Assembly (NCBI RefSeq): GCF_004010195.1 | Contig: NC_057718.1 | Location: forward strand, 60,646,795 to 60,710,794 | Direction: 5' to 3' | Source of the DNA: Chiloscyllium plagiosum | Lineage: Eukaryota | DNA: 64,000 nt | Shown: piece after piece, positions 12,983 to 25,476 of the stretch | Layout of the letters: each line of letters begins with the position of its first letter | Position numbering within the stretch: position 1 is the first letter of the stretch | Program-made: the position numbers and the translations under genes | Notes under the pieces: model-generated | The model's database searches: none | Told to the model about the DNA's origin: nothing | What the model saw: the letters and a program-made list of their open reading frames with translations, nothing else

Positions 12983-13086
12983 GAGAAGGTCTAAGCTGCC
13001 ACTTTTGTGAGTAGCTAAGGGAATAGGTTATGAAAGCCCAGAGAAGGTCTAAGCTGCCACTTTTGTGAGTAGCTAAGGGAATAGGT
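12983..13086. repeat. Perfect 46-bp direct repeat with 58-bp period
   Basis: gagaaggtctaagctgccacttttgtgagtagctaagggaataggt at 12983-13028 and 13041-13086. Confidence 0.95.
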
Positions 13087-13193
13087 CTTACAGCTGACAG
13101 GATTGGAAATGAGAAGAGGCAGTTAAGTCAGACCTACACATTCGATAGAGAAGGAATTTGTTTGGAATTTTGAAGGGATGGTATTGGGGAATA

Positions 13194-13430
13194 AAACGAG
13201 GTAAAAACAATAACTGCAGATGCTGGAAGCCAGACTCTGGATCAGTGGTGCTGGAAGAGCACAGCAGTTCAGGCAGCATCCGAGGAGCTTCGAAATCGAC
13301 GTTTTGGGCAAAAGCCCTTCATCAGGAATAAAACTTTATTCCTGATGAAGGGCTTTTGCCCGAAACGTCGATTTCGAAGCTCCTCGGATGCTGCCTGAAC
13401 TGCTGTGCTCTTCCAGCACCACTGATCCAG
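13194..13430 (-). mobile_element. Young palindromic hammerhead-bearing retroelement with 13-bp TSD
   Basis: 96-bp arms at 13237-13332 and 13335-13430 with one mismatch; TSD gtattggggaata at 13181-13193 and 13431-13443. Confidence 0.9.
13338..13373 (+). ncRNA. Minimal type-I hammerhead ribozyme motif with intact core
   Basis: CTGATGA (13342-13348), extra A, GGGC-TTTT-GCCC stem II, GAAA (13362-13365), ACGT palindrome, GTC cleavage triplet (13367-13369). Confidence 0.75.
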
Positions 13431-13977
13431 GTATTGGGGAATAGATGAGTTTTTGTTCTGAAATCTTTCAAACTGTATTGTACATAAATAGGTTGGTTTA
13501 TTTTGTTTTGTTTCTATTTCTTTTATGTAATGAACTTGTGTCTTAACGTTAAAATGATATTTGCAGCCTCATGCTTATGTTCCAGTAAAAGACCACCACA
13601 TTAAGTTACAAGGACCAAAATATGCTCTATCAGGCTGGGATCTGACTTGTCCAGTAGCGATGTTAGTTGGAATCATAGCAATACTCTCTACAGAATACAC
13701 AGAGCCAAGTCATCAAGGCCTCTTCTGCAGCCTCTCCCAAACTCTCAAGAAATTTGAAGAAGAAATTGACATTGGAATTCAGACAGTAATTTGTAAGGAC
13801 AATAGTCAAGGGATTAAATTTTTATTCTGAGTCAGTAACACAGAGTAAACCCAATGTGGGTGAAAGTGCCCTGAATGGTCAGATTTGTATTCTGGGGAGT
13901 GGTTGCTAAATGGAGTCAATCCCTGCCAGAAAGAATTTTGTTTATTAAAAAGGCATTTTAAAAAAAGCATCCCTTGT

Positions 13978-14267
13978 GGGCGGCACGGTGGCACAGTGGT
14001 TAGCACTGCTGCCTCACAGCGCCGGAGACCCGGGTTCAATTCCCACCTCAGGTGACTGACTGTGTGGAGTTTGCACGTTCGCCCCGTGTCTCCGGTTGCT
14101 CCGGTTTCCTCCCACAGTCCAAAGATGTGCAGGTCAGGTGAATTGGCCATGCTAAATTGCCCATAGTGTTAGGTTAGGGGTATGGGTGGGTTGCGCTTCA
14201 GCGGGTCGGTGTGGACTTGTTGGGCCGAAGGGCCTGTTTCTGTAATGTAATCTAATCTAATCTAATC
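13978..14267 (+). mobile_element. HE1-like tRNA-derived SINE
   Basis: A box TGGCACAGTGG, B box GGTTCAATTCC, core tgtgtggagtttgcac, CR1-like tail and (TCTAA)n. Confidence 0.9.
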
Positions 14268-14902
14268 TTGTACCCCCACAAACATCACCTCCATTCACTT
14301 TTCATGACCCCTCCATACTCTTCATATCAATGCAGTGCCAACTAATGCAGACAGATGAAGCCTCATATATCCCAAGGCCCTTTGCAGCCCCTATGCTTAT
14401 TAAGTGCCAAAACCTTTGCCAACTCATGCCCCCACTGACCATACTTTGAATTTATACTGTCCATATGCCATGATCACAGGTCATACACCCAAAACACTAC
14501 GGATATTTTTAACTTTAAATTGCAAAATGTGTTTATTAAAAGAGGACTGGTACAGTCAAAAATGTTATTTAACAGGTTGCCTGGGGAGAGAGAGGCATAC
14601 ACATAGAATGTCACGCCGAGGCAATGGGAACTTTAGACAATAGCCCTTCAAAGAAGGAAGCGTTAAATCAATCAGTTTGGATTGTGATCTCTTGTAAGAA
14701 CAAAGCATAAGTTAATTTGAGGCTGGAAGAAGGGTATCCATAAGGGAAGTGATCTGTGGTTAAATTAACCTTGTTGTGGTCAACTGACAGGGGTGGGAGA
14801 AAAAAGAACCTGCACCAGTAAAATCCTACCTCATCAGAGAGTTTAACATTTTGGAATATCCAATCTGGAACTATAACAAATTGGGAACCTCACCCAGGAA
14901 AT

Positions 14903-15000
14903 CAGAAACAAAAACAGGAAATGCTGGGAAAACTCAGCAGGTCTGGCAGCATCTATGGAGAGAAAACAGAATTAGTGTTTCAGGTCCAATCGCCCTTCCA
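14903..15000 (-). mobile_element. Short element related to the hammerhead families (ccagacctgctgagttttcccagcatt tail)
   Basis: Shares sequence with 31195-31305, 32660-32770 and 46610-46820. Confidence 0.65.
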
Positions 15001-15181
15001 CAGTCTTAGTAATCAAGTTGCAACGTACAAGAGAGACTGACTGAGGGACTGTGTTCCATTCCTATTGTATTTCCTAAACCTTTTCAGCTTTTTGGTTCTT
15101 ACACTGCTCAAAAGAAGAAGCTGGTTAGTTGAGTATCTGGGAAGTTATTAAGATTTTTCTTTTCTTAATGTTCAAATTAGT

Positions 15182-15525
15182 GAGGCAACATGGTGGCTCA
15201 ATGATTAGCACTGCTGCCCCATAGCACTAGGGATCCAGGTTCATTTCCAAGCTTGGGCGACTGTCTGTGTGGAGTTTGCATATACTCCCTGTGAGTTTCC
15301 TCCGGGCCATCTGGCTTCTTCTCACAGGCCAAAGGTGTACAGGTTTAGTGGATTGGACTGCTGAGTTGCCCATTGTGTCCAGGGATATGTAGGCTATTAG
15401 GATTGGCCATGGGGAATGCAGGGATAGGGTAAGGATCATGTGCATGGATGGGATACTCTTCAGTGGTTTAGTGTAGATTTGATTGGCTGAATAAATTGTT
15501 TCAACTCTGTAGGGGTTTTATAATA
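15182..15525 (+). mobile_element. Older HE1-like SINE
   Basis: Degenerate A and B boxes and the same core as the 13978 copy. Confidence 0.85.
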
Positions 15526-15639
15526 ATACAGCAGCTTAGTAAGTTTAATAATTATGGTAAGGCAAATATGACATTTTTAAAAAGATAGAAAATTTGACTA
15601 CAATAATGAAGTAGTTTATGAGAACACATTAAGGCTGGC

Positions 15640-17700
15640 AGGACAGATGATATTTCAAAGTTTCAGTATGTGGGAGTTCCTAACTATTAGTTTTATGCAA
15701 ACATGTTCGTTGTAAATGTTGGAGTTCAAATAGTTATGTCTCAGAGTCCACGAGCTGCAGGCCGAACCACAGACAGTATGATGCATCAGGGAGGGCAAAG
15801 TTATCCTGATTCTTTGTACCAATTGGCAATCATACCTCTTGGAACTGGATTGCTCAAGTTTGGTCAGTGTTCAGGGACATGAGAATATGACTGTATATGA
15901 GACAACTGAGAAAATCCAGAGAACATGGTAGTCTTTACAATTATCCAACATGTTTGAAGTTATTTTGCCTTGTCTGGATGAGAGTGAGAGCTGCAGTGGG
16001 GTTGAGCAAACTGACATGACACCATGGTACAGGAAGCCATTCAAGACTAAGTACTAAGAGGGAATGCAGTGCTAGTAGCGGACAGTATAGGATGGATTGA
16101 CACTTTTCTCTGCAGCAAAGAGCATGAGTCCACATAGTTTGTTGTTCGCCCAGTTTGAGGGGTCAAGGCCTTTGCCCAAAATGTCGATTTTCCTGCTCCT
16201 TGGATGCTGCCTGACCTGCTGTGCTTTTCCAGCACCATTCTAAGGTAGACTCTGATCTCCAGCATCTCAAGTCCTCACTTTTGCCCGGTCAGGACATCTG
16301 CTCAAGGCTAGAGAAGAACTTGCAGTGTGGGTGGGAGATTCCAGTGATTGTTGGCTGTGTGGATACTAACAACAAAGACATGACAAGGAAGGAGGTTCTA
16401 CTTATTAGGTTGAGGATCAAGATACCAAATTAAGAAACAAAACCTCAATGATCATAGTCTCTACAGCTTTATGCATGCCATGTGCAAATTGCTGTTGGAT
16501 AAAATGAATTAGCGAGCTGAAGGCATGGCTTAAAAATAACATGGCTGAGTCCTGATAGACTTTACCATAGGGTCTTTTAAAAATTGGCTAGTGAGTTAGT
16601 TAAAGCATTCACTTTAATTATCCAAAACTCCCTTGAATTGGAGGTAGTCTCAATGGATTGGAATGCGACAAGTATAACTCCTTTCTCCAAGAACAGAGAG
16701 AGGGAAAAAAGCAGAGAACTACAGCTTAACATCTGTTATAGGAGGAAAATGTTAAAAACTATTATTGCAGATAACTGAAACAGAGCACTTGGATAAGTAC
16801 AAGATAATCGTGTAATGTGTTTTTGAAAAGGCAATCATGTTTTAGAGTTCTTATCTCTTAGAGTTCTTTAAAGAGGTAATTCCTGCTATAGTTAAAGGGG
16901 AACTAGTGAATGTGCTGGACTTAGATTTCTAGAAGGCATTTGAAAAGGTGCCACATCATAGGTTATTATGGAAAATAAAACTCATAGTGCAGCAAATAGC
17001 AGAATGTTGCCAGGAATGGAGGGTTTGAGATATAAAAATAGTCTGGGTAGGCGGGGACCTTTTTCCACAGGAGCATAGGAGGTTGAGGGGTGACCTTAGA
17101 GAAGTTTATAGAATTATGAGGGGTACAAATAACATGAATAGCAAAGGTGTTTTCCCGAGGGTGGGGGAGTTCAAAACTAGGGAGCATGTTTTTAAGATAA
17201 GAGGAGAAAGGTTTAAAAAGCATCTGAAGGTCAACTTTTTTACACAGAGAGTGGCTCATGTGTAGAATGACCTGCCAGATGAGTGATGGATGCAGGTACA
17301 ATCATAACGTTTAAAAGATATGATAAGTACATGAATAGGAAAGCTTTGGTGGGATATGGGCCTAACACAGACAAGTGGGACTAGTTTAGTTTGGGAACAT
17401 GTTCAACAGGGACTAGTTGGACTGAACAGTCTGTTTCTATGATGGACGACTCTATGATTCTATATTAAATACAGAGGGACCTTGACAAAGTAGATGTGAA
17501 GAAGATGTTCCCTTTTGAGGGAGAATCTACGATTAGGGATCACTGTTTAAAAATCAAGTGTTTCTCATTTAAAATTGAGATAAGGCAGTTTTTTTCTCTC
17601 TCTCTCAGATGGCCATGAGTCTTTGGAAGTATCTTCTTGAGAAGATGGTGGAAGCAGAGTCCTTGAATAGCTTTAAGACAGAAAGGATAGATTTTCAAGT
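15640..17700 (+). mobile_element. Degenerate CR1 with ORF1 (zinc finger/leucine zipper and esterase) and ORF2 pieces; nested CR1 tail at about 17003-17462
   Basis: DICSRLEKNL...PVIVGCVDTN (esterase), LDF*KAFEKVPH, RGDLREVYRIMRG. Confidence 0.8.
16165..16284 (+). mobile_element. 5'-truncated hammerhead-family short element inserted in CR1 ORF1
   Basis: ggcctttgcccaaaatgtcgattttcctgctcc...gtcctcacttttgcc. Confidence 0.85.
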
Positions 17701-19003
17701 ATTAGTTCTTTGTATAAACAAACATTTCCTTCAATTACTTAGTCATTACAAAAACCAATACTAATTTACAGTATTCAGTCCTTTAACAAAAATTGCATTC
17801 ATAGCCCCACATCAGAAGCAGATCATTCCTTTATAACTTTTGTGAGTTGTTAACTAATTCATAAACTTAAAAACCAACCTGCTGTGATAATGATACAGTG
17901 TGGTAGCAGCCAACTAGCACATAGGTCAACAAACATCTATTGAAAATGCAAGAGCTTTCTTTTTTCAACTATAGACAGGCTAATTATTTTCAAAACTTAA
18001 CCATTCCTTCTGGGCTATTGGATTTCATTCCAATAATTACAGTGAATTGAGACCTTTCCCTCATATGTCCAAGTCCACCATTTCATTTTCAGGAATATAA
18101 GTTGTCTTCACTGCTTCTGTTTGAAGGCTGTTGGAATGTTGCACTATGCTTCTGCCTTGAGAACTGTAGATGTATGAACACATTCAGCTTTTTGTCTTTC
18201 CCCAACATCAGTGAAAATGGTGGATCCTGAGTTCAGACATCATTTAGACCAAGGTGCAGAATGCTTCAATTTTCCAAAATTAGCGTGAAAGTTAGATTAT
18301 TCAAGGAGAGCATAATGATAGCGATTTTGGAAAGATGTTAACTGAGGCAAGAAAAGCACAAGGCATGAATTGAAGTTTACTCTTTAATTGATGTCATGTG
18401 TTTAAAGATGCAGAAATTATCTCTGTTGCTATTAGCAAACACTTAATGCATTCATATAACAATCCTATGTGTGTCAGATTATTGCAGATTTAAATCATTT
18501 AAGTTAAATGGACTAATATTTCTGCTGAATTAATAAACAGTGGAACATCATGCAAACTTGTTCTGTTTCTTGAATTGTTTCTTCTAACAAGGTATTGGTG
18601 ACTGACTAAAAATCAAGTTGCCAATGTGCCTCAAGACCTTGAGAATGTTCCAACATACTCATATGTTGCAGATATAAGTGGGAAGTTTAGATAACTACTT
18701 GTCGATTTCACCTTGCCTGGGATGCAACACGATACCCTATGATAGTGGTAAGAGGTTATGATAATCGTGCAGATTTGATCTGAAATATATTCATCCTGTT
18801 TTTAAATACAGATTTATTTAGAGCTCTTCAGAGCGTTCGGAAGGAAGAGCCAGGGGTTATGGTCTGTAGTGAGGCCAGTGACAGAGGAAGAAAGAGATGG
18901 GGTCCAGCAAGCTGACTTTAGAGACTGAAGTTGGAAATTGTTGAGCAAGATTTCAAGGTTAGTAATCTCCAGATTACTCCCGGTGACTCACAGTCATGAG
19001 TAC

Positions 19004-22000
19004 AATAGAACATAAGAACATAAGGGCTGGGAGCAGGAGTAGGCCCTCCGGCCCTTCGAGCCTGCTCCACCACTCAATAAAATCATGGCTGATCTTTTTG
19101 TGGACTCAGCTCCACTTACTCGCATTTTCACCATATCTCTTAATTCCTTTATTTTTCAAAAAAGTATCTACCTTAGCTTTAAAAGCGATTACTGAAATAG
19201 TGTCAATTACTTCCCTGGGCAAGGAGTTCCATAGATTAACAACCCTCTGGGTGAAGAAGTTCCTTCTCAGTTCAGTTCTAAACCTACTTCCTCTAATCTT
19301 GAGGCCATGCCCTCTTGTCCTTGTCTCACCCACCAGTGGAAACATCCTACCTATTTCAATTTTATCGATTCCCTTCATAATTTGATATGTTTCAATAAAA
19401 TCCCCCCCTCATTCTTCTGAATTCCAATGAATATAATCCCAGTCTACTCAGTCTTTCCTCATAAGCCAACTCTGGAATCAATCTAGTGAACCTCCTCTAC
19501 ACCTCCTCCAGTGCCAATGCATCTTTTCTCAAGTAAGGAAACCAAAACTGCATGCAGTATTCCAGGTGTGGCCTCACTAGCATCTTGTACAACTGTAACA
19601 TTACCTCTCTGCTTTTAAACTCAACCCTTTAGCAACGAAGGACAAAATTCCATTTGCCTTCCAAGTTACTTGTTGTACCTGCAGACCAACCTTCTGTGAT
19701 TCATGCACAAGGACACCCAGGTCCCTCTGCAAATCAGCATGCTGCAACATTTTCCCATTCAAGAAATAATCTCCTTTGCTGTTACTCCTACCAAAATGCA
19801 TGACTTCACATTTACTAACACTGTATTCATTAACCAGACCTTTACCCACTCACTCAATGTTCCGCTGCAAAGTTTCACAGTCCTCTGCAGACTTTGCTCT
19901 GCCACTCATCTTAGTGTCATCAGAAAATTTTGACACTGTACACGTGGCCCCAACTCCAAATCATCTAAATAAATTGTGAATTATTACAGTCCTAACACTG
20001 ATCCCTGAGGCACACCATTAGTCACTGATTGCCAGCCAGAGTAGCACTCATTTGTCCCCGGTCTCCTCTTCCTGTCAGTCAACCAATCCTCTATCCATGC
20101 TAATGCTCTACCCCTAACACCATGCAGCCTTATCTTATGCAGCAACCTCATGTGCGGCACATTGTCAAAGGCCTTTTGGAAATCTAGGTACACTACATCC
20201 ACTGGGTCCCCGTTGTCCACCTTGTTTGAAATGTCTTCATAGAATTCCAAAAGATTTGTGAAGCATGACCTGCCCTTCATGAACCCATGCTGTGTTTGTA
20301 CAATGGGACAATTTCTTTCAGATTGCCCTATTTCTTCCTTGATAATAAACTCAAGCATTTTCCCCACTACAGAGATTAAGTGCACTGGTCTATAATTCCC
20401 CATCTTTTGTCTACTTCCCTTTTTAAACAGTGGTGCCACATTTACTGTTTTCCAATCTGCTGGGACTGCCCCAGAGTCCAGCAAATTTTGAAAAATTATC
20501 ACCCACCTGCTATTTCTCCAGCTATCTCTTTTAGTCCCCAGGGATTCATTCCAATTTGAGCCAAGAGTCTTATCTATCCTTAGCTCCATTATCTTACCCA
20601 ACACTAACTCTTCTATAATAATAATTGTTTCCAGTTCCTCATCTACCTTCGTCTCTTTGTCACTTACTGGCATGTTATTAGTATCCTCCACTGTGAAGAC
20701 TGATGCAGAGTACCTGCTCAATGCTTCAGCCATTTCATCATAACTAAATGCCCCTTCTCATCCTCTAAAGGACCAACATTTACTTTAGCCACTCTTTTTC
20801 ATTTTATATATTTGTAGAAACTTTTGCTATTTGTCTTTATATTCTGTGCTACATTTTTTCTCGTACTCTATCTTACTTTTCTTTATAGCTTTTTTTTGTG
20901 GCTTTCTATTGACATTTAAACTTTTCCCATTGTTATAGGTTCCTGCTGTTTTTGGCCACTTTGAATGGTTCTCTTTCACTTTGGTAGCCTGCCTTATTTC
21001 CTTACACACCCATGGCAGATTACCCCATTTCCTACAGTCCTTCCTTCTCACTGGAATATATTTTTGCTGAACTCTTTGAAACATTTCTTTGAAGGTACTC
21101 CACTGCTTGTCATAAAGTCTCTCTTTCCAGTCTACATTAGCCAGGTCCTCCCTCATTCTATCATAATCCTCCTTATTCAAGCACAGGACCCTGGTATTGG
21201 ATTTTATCTTCGCACTATCCAGCTGGATTTTAAATTCAACCATATTATGATCACTCCTTCCAAGAGGATCCCTGACTATGATGTCATTAATTATTCCTGT
21301 CTCATTACACAAGATCAGATCTCAGATAGCTTGCTCCCTCATCGGTTCCATTACATACTGTTAGAAAGCTATCATGGATACACTCAACGGTCTCCTCCTC
21401 AAGGCTACCCTGACCGAACTGATTCGACCAATCTACATGCAGATTAAAATCCCCCATGATAATAGCCATACCATTTTTGCAGGCATTAGTTATTTCTTTG
21501 GTTATTGCCCACTTCAATGTAATGTGATTATTTGGTGGCCTATAGACTATACCTATCAGTGAATCTTTATTCTTTGAATTCCTAATTTCCACCCAAATCG
21601 ATTCGACCTCATGCTCCATGGAACCGATGTCAGCTCTCAGCACTGCTCTGAAGTCGTCCTTGAATATCAGAGCTACACCACCTCCCTTACCTTGCTGTCT
21701 GTCCTTCCAAATAGTCTGGTACACCTGGATACTTAATTCTCAGTCATGACCATTCTGCAACCATGTATCCATGATGGTTACCAAATCATATTCATTCACA
21801 ATGATTTATGCCGTTAACTCATCAACTTTGTTACGAATGCTACAAGTATTCAGGTAAAGTGCCTTTCTTTTAATTTTCTTACCATCATGATTCACAACAC
21901 CTCTAACATCTCCTGAGTTATCCTTCATTTTTGGTTCTTTCATAGTCTGCCCTGAACTTAAACCATCCTGCATACATACTAACCTGCTGCTTACCTTTTC

Positions 22001-22309
22001 ATTTATCACCATAGTTTCTGTTGCTTTCCCTTTCCCTTCCCTCTCCCCCTGACTCACAAGTTTAAAGTCCTGGTGACCACCTTATTTATCCTTTTCGCTA
22101 GAACACTGGTTCCAAATTGGTTCAGGTGGAGACAATCTTATCAGTATAGATCTCCCGTTCCAAAACTGATGCCAATGCCCCATGAAATGGAACCCCTCTT
22201 TCCAACATCATTCCCTAGCTACATGTTTACTTTCTTAATTTTCTTGTCCCTAAGTCAATTTGCACATGGCTCAGGCAGTAATCCAAAGATTATGACTCTT
22301 AAGGATCCT
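19004..22309 (-). mobile_element. 3.3-kb CR1 LINE with ORF1 end, endonuclease, RT and tail; frameshifted
   Basis: GGGVAL, YRPP, GDFN, SDHN, NYRPV, QHGF, LDFQKAFD, GVPQGSVLG; flanked by tgagta on both sides. Confidence 0.95.
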
Positions 22310-23598
22310 TGAGTAGGACAAAGCAACTGAATGTGTAGCTGGAGAGATGGTGGAGGAGGGTGGACTTTAGATTCCTGAGGCACTGGGAGTGTTACTGAGA
22401 GGTAGGATGTATACAAGATGGATGGCTTCCATCTGGACAGGAATGGAACCAACATCCTTGCAAAGTGGCTTGCTAGCTGATGCTCTTGGTGTTGATATAA
22501 CCTGAATTAGATTAGGATTCTGACAAACAATTCAGAGCGGAGAGAAGCTGCAATGGAACTCGAAGAAGGTGAGTCCAAAACTAGAGGAAACATAGACTAG
22601 ATAAGAAAGAAGTGAGTTTAGCAAAGGTAAATGGAATACAATTGTAAAGAGTCTAACAAATAAGACAGAGAAGCTGAGTATGCATGTTATGCATGTGGGA
22701 TTATGAGAGCTATGACAGATGTTTGGCTGAAAGATGCGCAAGGTTGGCAGCTCAACATTCCTGATCATAAGATATTCAGGTAAGATCAAGGCGGGGGGTT
22801 AAAGCAAGGTGGGTGGTCACAATATTGATCATGGAATCGATCATAGCAGCAAAATACTTAAAAGACATCCAGAATAACTTTTTAATCCAGTATATACAAT
22901 TCCCAATAAGGGAGGAACGGTTCTGGACCTAATATTTGCATATGAGCCAAAAAAGATAGAAGGCAAATCATTAGTAGAGGAATTTGAAGTATTCTTGCGA
23001 GTAATGCATTTGCTATGGTATACGTGGACTTTAGCAAGGCTTTTGGTCAAGTTGCAGATTAACCAGATCAGCAAGAGCCCATGGGAATCAAGGAAAAGTG
23101 GCACATTGGATCCAAAGGTGGTTGAGAGGCAGGAAGCAGAAGGTGGTTTTTCAGGAATGTTTCTGTGACTGGAAGTCTGTTTCCAGTGGGTTTCTGCAGG
23201 GCTCAGTGCTGGGGCTCTTGCTGTTCATGTTGTACAGTAGTAATTTGGACTTGAATACAGGGCGTATAATCGAAATATTTGTGAATGACATGAAAATTGT
23301 GGGTTGGTAAGGAATTAGGATAGCTGTAAATTGAAGGAGGATATCAACAGACCTATTAGGAGTGGCAAATGGAATCCATCTGGGAAAAGTGTGAGGTAAT
23401 ACACTTAAGGAGCAGTAACAAGACAAAGGAATATACGATGAATTGTGTTCCCCTGGAAAGTACAAAACATCAAAGGGACCTTGCTGTGGATATCTACTGA
23501 TCCTGGAAGATAGCAGGGCAGGTATGTAAGGCTGTTAAGAAGGCAAATGGGATATCTACCTGTAATAGCTGAGATGTAGAACATAAAAGCAGGGAGGG

Positions 23599-24035
23599 TG
23601 TATTGAATGGGCTGAAGTGCTACCACTGCTAATGATATTCAACAGCTATATGACCTTGAACTAATCCTGTGAACATTCCTGTCCGTGCCAAAGATGGCAT
23701 AATCAATGTTGCTTTCTGTACTTGCTCAGCTGGCTTTCAGTGTAACTGGCTGCTTGTTACACTGTATAAGAGAGAGAGTTTCGTTCTGAGGTTTTGGACT
23801 TCACCTCAGCTCGGGATCGTGAGCGGTGTCAGGAACAAGCCGAAGCCTCCAGAGCAACCTTCGATTGACAGGTCTCTAACAGACAGGCTAATCGCTTTCT
23901 TTTCCTTCCTTATTGTCTTTATTTATTGCTTAATAAATGTTCATATTTAAGCAAATTGCTATTGCTGAGTCATCTCTTAACTACATTAAACAGATCTGAA
24001 AAGAACTGTTTGGACATACTCTGTGATCCAAGACA
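23599..24035 (+). mobile_element. Probable solo LTR
   Basis: TG...CA ends, internal TATAAG and AATAAA; interrupts CR1 sequence with imperfect gaggg/gagat flanks. Confidence 0.45.
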
Positions 24036-25176
24036 GAGATTGTGTTGGAATTTTATAAAATGCTTGTTAAGTCACAGCTGGAGTACTGTAAGCCGTGCTG
24101 GGTATCACATTACAGAGAGGATGCAATTGCACTCTAGAGGGTGAAGAGGAGATTTCACAAGATGTTGAGTGGGCTGGAGGGTCTGAGCTATAAGTAAAGT
24201 TTGGATAGGCTGGGGTTGTTTTCCTTGGAGCAATGAAGGTTAGTCATAGCCCTGACAGAGCTGTATAAAATTATAAAAGGCAAAGATTTTAATGCATTAG
24301 CAGAGAGGACCATAACCAGGACACATAGATTTCAGATAAGTGATAGAAAACTAAGAGGAGAATTATGGGAGATTTTTTTCACACAGAGGGTGTAAAGAGT
24401 CTAGAATTCATTGCCTGAAAGTGTGTTTGAGGCAGAAATATTTAAGCAGAGTTTAGATATTCACTTGCATTACCATCGCCTCCAGGGTTAGGGACAAAGA
24501 GCTAGAAAATGTTACAGTATTGTCATATTTTTCTGTCCAGCGTTGATATGATGGGTTAATTAACCACCTTCTGCACTGCAAATGCCAGTGAGTCTATGAC
24601 CTTGGCCTAGAAGGTTTAAAGTCTGCTCAGGATTATAGTCAAAGTAAATCACCTTTGTTAAAGCTTAGCACCTTCTTGACAATGCACATCCCCAAAGCTG
24701 TTCATCACCATCACCCACACCCTCAGAATGTTAATCTCCCTCTGATAATATTCACTTTCCTCTCCTGATGGTGTCCAACCTCCCTTTGAACACTGGTCAC
24801 CCACTTAGCTCCCTCCCCACCCACAATATTCATCTCCCTCCCATCAATATTCATCCTCCCCAGGCAATGTTCATCATCTCCCTCTTGGCAGGATCAACAT
24901 TTGGGGTGTTGTTTGGAGGGAGGGAAAATGAGCACTGCTTGGGTTGTGAATGGTGAGAATTGTCAGCCCAGAAGGTAAAACCTGTGTAGAATAAAAATAA
25001 TTGGAATGAGTATACTGGTCATGTTGCAGCTTCATGTTGAGTTATGCAAGATCAATCTGAGTCATTCACCCAGTTTACTGTTTTTACCCTCTGGGAGTGG
25101 CCTTGGCAGGAGATAATGAGCAATGTTCAGGGTGAGGAAGTGTGAATTGTTCAGGGTTAAAGGAGGGTGAGTACAG

Positions 25177-25402
25177 ACTAGAGTGGTGCTGAAAAAGCAC
25201 CGCAGGTCAGGCAGCATCCGAGGAGCAGAAAAATTGACTTTTCGGGCAAAAGCCGTACATCAGGAATGAGGCCATTATGAAGGGCTTTTGCCCAAAACAT
25301 CGATTTTCCTGCTCCTCGGATGCTGCCTGACTTGCTATGCTCTTCCAGCACCACCCTAATCTAGACTCTGATCTTCAGCATCTGCAGTCCTCGCTTTCGC
25401 CT
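25177..25402 (+). mobile_element. Palindromic hammerhead-family element, both cores decayed
   Basis: Inverted arms; 16-bp TSD aggagggtga(g/t)tacag at 25161-25176 and 25403-25418. Confidence 0.9.
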
Positions 25403-25406
25403 AGGA

Positions 25407-25476
25407 GGGTGATTACAGTCAGGGATAAGTGTGGGTGATTACAGTCAGGGATAAGTGTGGGTGATTACAGTCAGGG
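25407..25476. repeat. 26-bp tandem repeat, about 2.7 units
   Basis: gggtgattacagtcagggataagtgt repeated. Confidence 0.9.

Larger units (their letters stand above)
10719..13680 (+). mobile_element. 3' LTR of the Gypsy element, split by nested insertions
   Basis: Purine tract GGGAGAAGG at 10710-10718 followed by TGTAAC; probable end ...ATCATAGCA at 13680. Confidence 0.5.
18740..24600 (+). mobile_element. Old CR1 host element (ORF1 esterase through 3' tail) carrying two nested insertions
   Basis: Esterase motifs at 18800-19000 resume at 22310 (DGFHLDRNGTNIL); QGSVLG at about 23200; 3' tail at 24040-24600. Confidence 0.7.

Noticed and set aside
13978..14050. tRNA gene from A and B boxes (also at 51424)
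   Set aside because: These are SINE heads followed by the SINE core and CR1-like tail.
18592..18747. 156-nt segment between good acceptor and donor sites
   Set aside because: Stops in all three frames, and it abuts CR1 ORF1 sequence.
25177..25402. Classification of the hairpin elements as DNA-transposon MITEs
   Set aside because: TSDs are long and variable, the termini are asymmetric, and 5'-truncated tail-only copies exist.
25407..25476. CRISPR-like repeats (also 12983-13086)
   Set aside because: Head-to-tail or two-copy duplications without a spacer array or cas genes, in eukaryotic DNA.
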